Assembly (NCBI GenBank): GCA_049666745.1
Contig: JBATHL010000470.1
Location: 1 to 34,542 of the forward strand
Length of the DNA stretch: 34,542 bases
Direction: 5' to 3'
Source of the DNA: Gammaproteobacteria bacterium
Lineage (GTDB): Bacteria > Pseudomonadota > Gammaproteobacteria > GCA-001735895
The position numbers and the translations under genes are program-made. Of this stretch, positions 28,988 through 34,542 are shown in pieces. Every line of letters begins with the position of its first letter. Position 1 is the stretch's first letter. The notes beneath the pieces are model-generated. The model had not been told where the DNA came from. It searched no databases and saw only the letters and a program-made list of their open reading frames with translations.

Positions 28988-30559
28988 ATGAATGAACGCA
29001 TTAATGAAGTCACTATTGTCGGCGGCGGCTCGGCCGGCTGGATTACGGCCCTGGTTCTTACCTCGCTGCTCAACCGGGCCGATGAGGATCGCATTAAAAT
29101 AACCTTAATCGAATCACCGCACATTCCAAATATTGGTGTCGGGGAGGGTACGGTGACGGGATTTTCCCGCTTACTGCGCCAACTGAAAATTCCGGAACAG
29201 GATTTCATTCTCAATTCCGATGCTACCTTCAAATGCGCTGGACGCTTTCACGGATGGAACCTCGACAGCAATGGGGAACCCGTTACTTTTTATAATCCGT
29301 TTATGGATAGCGGCATAGTGGAGGGACTTGACGCCTATTACTATTTCCAGAAGTATGGTGCGTCGGGGCAAAATCTGGTTCAGGCTACCCAGCCGACGAT
29401 AGACCTGGTTGAAAAGTGTTTATCTCCCAAAAAACTTTCATCCAAACCCTATGAAGCCATCATTCCCTACACCTATCACCTGAATGCACTGGCTTTTTCG
29501 GAACAACTGGCGAAGATAGCCAAACAACGCGGCGTCCGCTATATCCAGGATGAAATGCAGAATGTCGAACTGGATGAACGAGGTTTCGTAAGTGCATTGC
29601 AACTGGAACAGGGAGGCAGGTTCCCGGTCCAGTTTGTGGTTGATTGCACCGGTTTTCGTGGCAGCATTTTACAGCAGGCACTGGGGGAACCTTTTCTGGA
29701 TTATGGCAAGCACCTGTTGGTTGACCGTGCTATCCCGATGCCGGTTCCGCATGTCGATCCCGACCGGATCGAACCCTGCACCACGGCAACGGCGCTGAGT
29801 GGTGGCTGGATGTTCGGCGTGCCTCTGCAAAGCCGCATGGGTACCGGATACATATATTCCAGTGCCTTCAAATCCGACGAACAGGCCTGGGACGAATTGA
29901 AAGCCACGCTGGGCGACCGCGTGCCTGCAGATGCTGAGCCGCGAGTCATTCGCATGAATATCGGCCGGGTTCGAAACACATGGGTAAAGAACTGTGTCGC
30001 CACCGGTCTTTCAGCCGGATTCGTGGAACCGTTGGAAGCCACCGCTATCTACACGATCGAGCGTACCGCACGAAACCTGAGCCTCTATTTTCCGGAGTTC
30101 GGTATTAACGACCATGGGGTTTCGCGCTTTAACAAGGTAATGGATCAGCAGTACCGGGAAATTCTGGATTACATTGTCATGATGTACTACACCTCCAATC
30201 GGCCGGAACCTTTCTGGCGTGCGGCTCGTGAGGATATTGTCGTACCCGACACACTGCTCGAGAACCTGGAGCTATGGAAACATTACCTGCCCAATTACGA
30301 TGATGTTGCGGGTGGCTCGCTATTCAGCACCTGGAATTATTACATCATATTGGCCAGTAAGGGATATTTCGATAAAGATCACTACCCCGGCGAAGGCATG
30401 CTGCGTAAAGAACCCTGGGAGAAACGCCTGCATGACGCGGCAACCCGGATACCGGAGCTGATGAAACAACTCCCCTCACACAGGGATTACCTGAATTCCC
30501 TGCGCCAGCCCGCGGCGCAGAAGAATATTTCATACTCGATGAATTATCAGTTGTCGTAG
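28988..30559 (+). CDS. Flavin-dependent halogenase, tryptophan-halogenase family
   Basis: FAD motif VTIVGGGSAGW, plus GVGEGT, a Lys region ATFKCAGRF, GGWMFGVPL (a degenerate WxWxIP) and GFVEPLEATAIY. 523 aa. Confidence 0.8.
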   Translation: MNERINEVTIVGGGSAGWITALVLTSLLNRADEDRIKITLIESPHIPNIGVGEGTVTGFSRLLRQLKIPEQDFILNSDATFKCAGRFHGWNLDSNGEPVTFYNPFMDSGIVEGLDAYYYFQKYGASGQNLVQATQPTIDLVEKCLSPKKLSSKPYEAIIPYTYHLNALAFSEQLAKIAKQRGVRYIQDEMQNVELDERGFVSALQLEQGGRFPVQFVVDCTGFRGSILQQALGEPFLDYGKHLLVDRAIPMPVPHVDPDRIEPCTTATALSGGWMFGVPLQSRMGTGYIYSSAFKSDEQAWDELKATLGDRVPADAEPRVIRMNIGRVRNTWVKNCVATGLSAGFVEPLEATAIYTIERTARNLSLYFPEFGINDHGVSRFNKVMDQQYREILDYIVMMYYTSNRPEPFWRAAREDIVVPDTLLENLELWKHYLPNYDDVAGGSLFSTWNYYIILASKGYFDKDHYPGEGMLRKEPWEKRLHDAATRIPELMKQLPSHRDYLNSLRQPAAQKNISYSMNYQLS

Positions 30560-30794
30560 CCGACGATCCATATCCGGAAGATATCGCTCCAGGTTGCGTG
30601 GCCAGCCTGTTGGCCCGGTAACCGTTGCCCTGTTGTGCACCTGAAACTGCAGAGAGCGACCATTGGGGCATTTCCAGGATTCAGATACCTGGTTTGTGAT
30701 CGGTAAATAATTGTGCGGAAAACCAGATAAAAACATTTTTTGTCCTACACTTAAAACTGTTTTCTCATAGCAGTATTGCCTGCCCACATTGAGC

Positions 30795-31058
30795 ATGAGC
30801 CTGGAAAGTTCGGATACAAGGCTGGAAAGTTCGGATACAACTAGCGAACCTTCAGACAGTGAGGAAGATCAAATACTGGAGTCGATATCCCGGCTTCGCG
30901 TCGAAATCGATCGCATCGAATCTACTACCGGACCGTCGAAACGCACTCATTGCATCCGTGATGAAATCAAACGATTGGGGAGTCGGTTAGCTCAGTGCAG
31001 GATTCAATCGATAGAGCGCACAGATCAGCTGTCTCAAATAGAGCCTGAAAAGCACTAG
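30795..31058 (+). CDS. Hypothetical small acidic protein with a tandem LESSDT repeat and a predicted coiled coil
   Basis: ORF only, with ATG at 30795 and an alternative TTG at 30789. It contains a 21-bp direct repeat (30801..30819 and 30822..30840). No recognisable family and no clear RBS. Confidence 0.3.
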   Translation: MSLESSDTRLESSDTTSEPSDSEEDQILESISRLRVEIDRIESTTGPSKRTHCIRDEIKRLGSRLAQCRIQSIERTDQLSQIEPEKH

Positions 31059-31089
31059 TAGCAATTCCCGCGGGTGACCTGTTCATGTC

Positions 31090-31503
31090 TCAGGACTGAG
31101 GGGGGATCGAGTAGGTGCCGGTGGCGTGCGCGACGATGTCTTCATCGCTATATATGGAAACCTCAACCACCGCGAGGCGTTTGCCCAATTTTATAATATT
31201 GCCCCTGGCAATCAGGTCGCATTTGCTCGGTTTGCGCAGAAAGTTGATATTCAGACTGGTGGTGACGGCGAGTTTTATTTCACCCAGCATACTGAGTACA
31301 ACTGCAAACATGCACACGTCAGCGAGCATCATCATGAAGGGCCCTGCTATGGTGCCGCCCGGGCGCAGGGAGTGTTCACTATAGGGTAGAACCAGGTCGG
31401 CTTTGCCTGTCTCTACATCACGCAGATAAATGCCTGCCTCGGCCGCCGAGGGTAACTCGATCTTGATTATTTCGTTGAATTTTTCGGTAGTGACTTTGCT
31501 CAT
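31090..31503 (-). CDS. PaaI-like hotdog-fold thioesterase
   Basis: 137 aa. GGTIAGPFMMMLADVCMFAVV, TTSLNINFLRKP and GKRLAVVEVSIY match the PaaI/uncharacterised-domain-1 thioesterase layout. Confidence 0.7.
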   Translation of the reverse strand: MSKVTTEKFNEIIKIELPSAAEAGIYLRDVETGKADLVLPYSEHSLRPGGTIAGPFMMMLADVCMFAVVLSMLGEIKLAVTTSLNINFLRKPSKCDLIARGNIIKLGKRLAVVEVSIYSDEDIVAHATGTYSIPPQS

Positions 31504-31526
31504 AGGAGCAGGATTTAACCATATGA

Positions 31527-31583
31527 GTCATCCCCGCGAAAGCGGGGATTGGTAACAAGGGAGCTTTTTTAAGTTGTAAAACC
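31527..31583. repeat. REP-type unit with extension (direct copy of 31838..31888)
   Basis: gtcatccccgcgaaagcggggattggtaacaagggagcttttttaagttgtaaaacc. About 80 percent identical by eye over about 50 nt to the unit at 31838. Confidence 0.6.
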
Positions 31584-31644
31584 AACAGCATACCTGTATT
31601 TCGCACCATATGGGCTTCACCGGTTTCCCCTTGCAGTGGTAGGT

Positions 31645-31789
31645 GGCTATCTCGGTTGAAAGCCTGCAAAAGGCGCTCCCAAACGGCATGCGCCGTTTGG
31701 CCCATCCATGGGATCGCTTGGAGCCCGAAGCGTCGGACCGCGGCGTCCATGCCTCGCTACACTTTTGCAGGCTTTCAACCGAGATAGCC
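31645..31789. repeat. 145-bp element bounded by perfect 28-bp inverted repeats
   Basis: ggctatctcggttgaaagcctgcaaaag (31645..31672) is the exact reverse complement of 31762..31789. The interior contains a 9-bp-stem hairpin, ccaaacggc-atgc-gccgtttgg. Confidence 0.7.
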
Positions 31790-31837
31790 TTTGGACGACA
31801 GTCAAGCAGCGATTAGTTGTTTATTTCGGACAGTTGT

Positions 31838-31888
31838 GCGCGAAATCGGGGATCTGGTAACGAGAGAACTTTTTGTAAGTTTTACGGG
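31838..31888. repeat. REP-type unit with extension (direct copy of 31533..31583)
   Basis: gcgcgaaatcggggatctggtaacgagagaactttttgtaagttttacggg. Confidence 0.55.
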
Positions 31889-31950
31889 TTGCCGCAAGCG
31901 GGCGCGGGCCACCCACGCGGCCCACTCGGGCCGCGGGACGAAAAATGGTG

Positions 31951-33018
31951 TTAGCTACGCTCGTTGAGCCAGTTGGATATCGCCGGGGTGACCGTCGCCT
32001 GGGCCTTGCCGCTGACATAGATACCGATATGGCCGCCCGGGAAAGACAGCTCTGTATAATCCTTGCTGCCGATTAGTTTTGGCAAGATCTTCGATGCTGC
32101 CGGTGGCACCAGGTGATCCTGTTCGGCAAAAATATTCAGCACCGGGGTCTTCAGGTTCTTCAGGTCAACCTCGTGTTCGCCGATCTTGAGTCCGCCTTCG
32201 ACCAGCTTGTTCTGCTGGTAAAAATCCTTGATGAACTGGCGAAATGCTTCGCCAGCCTGGTCGGGGCTGTCGAAAATCCATTTCTCCATGCGCATGAAAT
32301 TCTTGACGTTTTTCTCGTCGCTGATGATGTCGACCATGGACACGTATTTCTGCCCCATCAACTGAAAAGGTTTCAGGTTTAAGAAAGTCCAGTTCAGCAT
32401 TTCGCCGGGCAGGTTGCCCATCGCGTCGACGATGGCGTCGATATCCATTTGCTGCACCCATTGGCTCAGCATGTTGTCCGGCGTCTTGCAGTCCACCGGG
32501 GTCACCATGGTGACCAGGTTCTTGACCTTGTCCTGGTGCAGGGTGGTGTAACACAGGCTGAAAACGCCCCCCTGGCAAATGCCGAGAATATTGATCTTGT
32601 CGACACCGTGACGCTCGCGCATGATATCGACGCAACGATCGATATAACCGTTGATGTAATCGTCGAGGGTCAGGTACTTGTCGGCACGGTCCGGGTAGCC
32701 CCAGTCGATCAGGTAAACGTCCTGTCCGGTATCCAGCAACCCCTTGATGGTGGAACGATTTTCCTGGATGTCGGCCATGTAGGGGCGGTTGACCAGCGCG
32801 TAAACGATCAGCGTCGGAATCTTGTTCTGCACCACGCCGGTGGATGGCTGGTAACGATACAGTTTGAGTTTGTCCTCGGCATAAATTTCTTCACGCGGGG
32901 TTACACCCTCGGAAATTTCGTCGGCATCGAGCAGGTTCTTGACGCCCTTGCTCAGGTTTTGATTGAACTTCACCAGTTCTTCGACTACCTGGTCGGAACG
33001 AAACGGAGTATTACTCAT
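31951..33018 (-). CDS. phaC: Class III poly(3-hydroxyalkanoate) synthase, PhaC subunit
   Basis: The 355-aa length is typical of class III PhaC. The lipase-box-like motif has a catalytic Cys (ILGICQGG). It lies 4 nt downstream of phaE. Confidence 0.9.
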   Translation of the reverse strand: MSNTPFRSDQVVEELVKFNQNLSKGVKNLLDADEISEGVTPREEIYAEDKLKLYRYQPSTGVVQNKIPTLIVYALVNRPYMADIQENRSTIKGLLDTGQDVYLIDWGYPDRADKYLTLDDYINGYIDRCVDIMRERHGVDKINILGICQGGVFSLCYTTLHQDKVKNLVTMVTPVDCKTPDNMLSQWVQQMDIDAIVDAMGNLPGEMLNWTFLNLKPFQLMGQKYVSMVDIISDEKNVKNFMRMEKWIFDSPDQAGEAFRQFIKDFYQQNKLVEGGLKIGEHEVDLKNLKTPVLNIFAEQDHLVPPAASKILPKLIGSKDYTELSFPGGHIGIYVSGKAQATVTPAISNWLNERS

Positions 33019-33022
33019 CGGA

Positions 33023-34168
33023 TCAGGCTCCTGCTTTGTTTCTGGTTACTTTGGTTTTGCTGGCTACCGCTTTACTGGCTACGGCTTTTTTACTGGCCAC
33101 CGTTTTCTTGCGTACCGGGGCCTTTTTTGCTGCCGGTGCCTTGTTGGCGGCTGGCGTCGCTGTTGCAACTGGCTCTGGCCTGGAATTCATCTGCTGCAGC
33201 ATGGACTTGATTTCCCTGATCTCTTTTTTCAGGGCGAAGTTGTCGCGGCGTACCTGCTGCAAACGCTCCTGCATGGTGTCAATTTCGCGCGTATTGGGCA
33301 GGTTCAGGGTGCGTAGATAGTCGTCGGCGATTTCGCCGTAATGCCGGCGCATGATCATCAGTCGATTGACCATGTCACCGTAAAGCGCCTGGTACTCCTC
33401 GCCCATAGCGAACTCGGCATAATGTTCCTCGCTGATCACGACCCAGAGGTCGTAAAGCTCGCGCAGCGATTGCGGTACGCTATCGCCATCAAGGCCCAGC
33501 AACCGATTCTGGAATCCCTGGATCGACTCCATCGCAACGCGCAGGAAAGCCTGGTTGAACTTGAAGTTAGCCTCCTGGTAATCGAGCGCCAGCTGCAATC
33601 CTTTTTGCTGTTTTTCCTGCGGTTCGCGGAAATAGCCGACGCCCGGAGCTTCCAGGACCTTGCCCAGCGGATCGACCATTTCGCCGAGATTGAACACCGA
33701 AGTGTTCATACCCGGCATTTGCCAGAACGCCTGGTTCATCGGCGTCAGTCCAGCCACCATTTCCTGCCACGAGGCATTCGGGGCAAACCATTGCTTCATG
33801 AAATCGTTGACCCCGCTGCCATTGAAACCGGGCATGCCGCCAAACTGTTGCAGGGATTGTTTCATTTGTTCCAGCCATTGATTGATCGCTTCAATCGGGT
33901 TGGCACCTTCGCTCATGCCTTTGCTGACCTGCTCTGCCATGGCGAAATATTCCTTACCCATGTCGAGGCACTTGTTCATCGCCTGCTGGATATCTGGTTG
34001 AGCTTGTCCGCTACAGGCATTGCGCCAGAGTTCGAAGCTCTGTGCCCACAGATCGGATTGACTGGTGTCGTTACCGCCAGCGCTTGATTTGGCCATGTCG
34101 CTCCACGAATCGACAAACTGCTGCTGCGCCTTGAACCACTGTTCGGCCCAGGAATTACTTTCGCTCAT
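33023..34168 (-). CDS. phaE: Class III PHA synthase PhaE subunit with a Lys/Ala-rich C-terminal tail
   Basis: It lies immediately upstream of class III phaC. The N-terminal W-rich region WAEQWFKAQQQFVDSWSDM and the overall size fit PhaE. ATG at 34168 is used here; the track start is a TTG at 34192. Confidence 0.75.
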   Translation of the reverse strand: MSESNSWAEQWFKAQQQFVDSWSDMAKSSAGGNDTSQSDLWAQSFELWRNACSGQAQPDIQQAMNKCLDMGKEYFAMAEQVSKGMSEGANPIEAINQWLEQMKQSLQQFGGMPGFNGSGVNDFMKQWFAPNASWQEMVAGLTPMNQAFWQMPGMNTSVFNLGEMVDPLGKVLEAPGVGYFREPQEKQQKGLQLALDYQEANFKFNQAFLRVAMESIQGFQNRLLGLDGDSVPQSLRELYDLWVVISEEHYAEFAMGEEYQALYGDMVNRLMIMRRHYGEIADDYLRTLNLPNTREIDTMQERLQQVRRDNFALKKEIREIKSMLQQMNSRPEPVATATPAANKAPAAKKAPVRKKTVASKKAVASKAVASKTKVTRNKAGA

Positions 34169-34217
34169 GTTGGGTAACTCATTCAAATTCAAGAGGATTC
34201 CAGCCTAGCATAAATTA

Positions 34218-34232
34218 TTGTGCAGTGCAACA
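34218..34232. promoter_or_regulatory. Operator-like palindrome 3 upstream of phaE (TTGTGCAGTGCAACA)
   Basis: 13 of 15 positions match the phaP sites. It lies 26-50 bp upstream of the candidate phaE starts. Confidence 0.45.
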
Positions 34233-34253
34233 TAAATGCTTTGTATGCAATCC

Positions 34254-34542
34254 TGGTGGAGAGACAAAGCCGTATACCAGGAGCTAGCTCCTTTTAACAA
34301 TTTGGTGGGTTCCAGGGGATTGAACGAGCAGCGTGTTTTAAGAGCCCCAGGCGGCACGATACCGCGTTGGGAACAGCCGAGAAATGCTCATCTACTTGCG
34401 TGTACACTGCGCTTTCTCGGCTGTTCCCGCCTTGTCTCGCACCACCTGAGGCTCTTAAAACACGCTGCTCGCTCAATCCCCTGGAACCCACCAAGTTGTT
34501 AAAAGGAGCTAGCTCCTGGTATACGGCTTTGTCTCTCCACCA
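34254..34542. repeat. 289-bp near-perfect palindrome (long hairpin element) ending at the window edge
   Basis: The left arm from 34254 (tggtggagagacaaagccgtatacc...) pairs with the right arm ending at 34542 (...ggtatacggctttgtctctccacca). There are four transition mismatches, one asymmetric internal loop and an apical loop of about 27 nt near 34386..34412. Each arm contains the 12-bp palindrome GGAGCTAGCTCC. Confidence 0.8.

Noticed and set aside
24476-30559. A haloacid-dehalogenase-like gene and a halogenase in the same window, as a possible halogen-cycling pair.
   Set aside because: They are 4 kb apart in different transcription units and compositional contexts (liu operon versus the AT-rich insert). 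HAD-II proteins are often phosphatases or generic hydrolases, so there is no evidence of a functional link.
30530-30796. 88-aa minus-strand ORF in the halogenase / small-ORF intergenic region.
   Set aside because: It overlaps the halogenase 3-prime end and has no RBS or recognisable motif, so it is likely a chance ORF in AT-richer DNA.
30801-30840. A 21-bp direct repeat as a possible mini-CRISPR or iteron.
   Set aside because: There are only two adjacent copies with no spacer structure. The period is a multiple of three inside an ORF, and there are no cas or rep genes nearby.
34236-34502. Two ORFs on opposite strands (88 aa on plus, 66 aa on minus) encoding near-identical peptides (RGLNEQRVLRAPGG / RGLSEQRVLRASGG).
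   Set aside because: They are mirror images produced by translating the two arms of the 289-bp palindrome. They have no RBS and no family resemblance, so they are not treated as genes.
34467-34542. The window ends in ...GTCTCTCCACCA, reminiscent of a tRNA acceptor 3-prime end with CCA.
   Set aside because: The complementary GGAGAGAC lies 280 nt upstream in the other palindrome arm, not about 70 nt away. No D, anticodon or T-arm (GTTCRANYC) can be drawn in the last 76 nt.

Overview
The window looks like a Gammaproteobacteria-type chromosome segment, judged from gene content and a GTCATCCCCGCGAAAGCGGGGAT-type REP family. That taxonomic call is inference only. No rRNA, tRNA, CRISPR array, transposase or phage gene was seen. 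There are two metabolic blocks. Block 1 (0.7-25.1 kb) is an acyl-CoA catabolic supercluster. Its minus-strand run is icmF (fused B12 isobutyryl-CoA mutase), hbd, an acyl-CoA ligase, a five-gene LIV-type ABC importer, a PaaK-like ligase and a family III CoA-transferase. This run diverges from a plus-strand operon: PaaI thioesterase, liuR, liuA, thiolase, ACAD, liuB, a liuC remnant, liuD, liuE, a DUF2889-like gene and a HAD-II dehalogenase-like gene. Block 2 (25.1-34.2 kb) is a class III PHA locus, with phaP-phaA-phaB on plus and phaE-phaC on minus. It is split by an AT-richer four-gene insert of about 3.7 kb: a secreted class-3 lipase, a flavin-dependent halogenase, a small acidic repeat ORF and a PaaI-like thioesterase. 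The observations most worth following up are: (1) a decayed liuC retaining only the N- and C-terminal ends of a crotonase hydratase in the 122-bp liuB-liuD spacer; (2) a 15-bp palindrome TGTTGCnGTGCAACA bracketing a near-consensus phaP promoter and recurring upstream of phaE; (3) a Lys/Ala-rich histone-like tail on PhaE; (4) nested repeat structures at 31.5-31.9 kb; (5) a 289-bp near-perfect palindrome that ends exactly at the window edge. I found no obvious defence or secretion system. All functional calls come from reading the translations and remembered family motifs, not from database searches.
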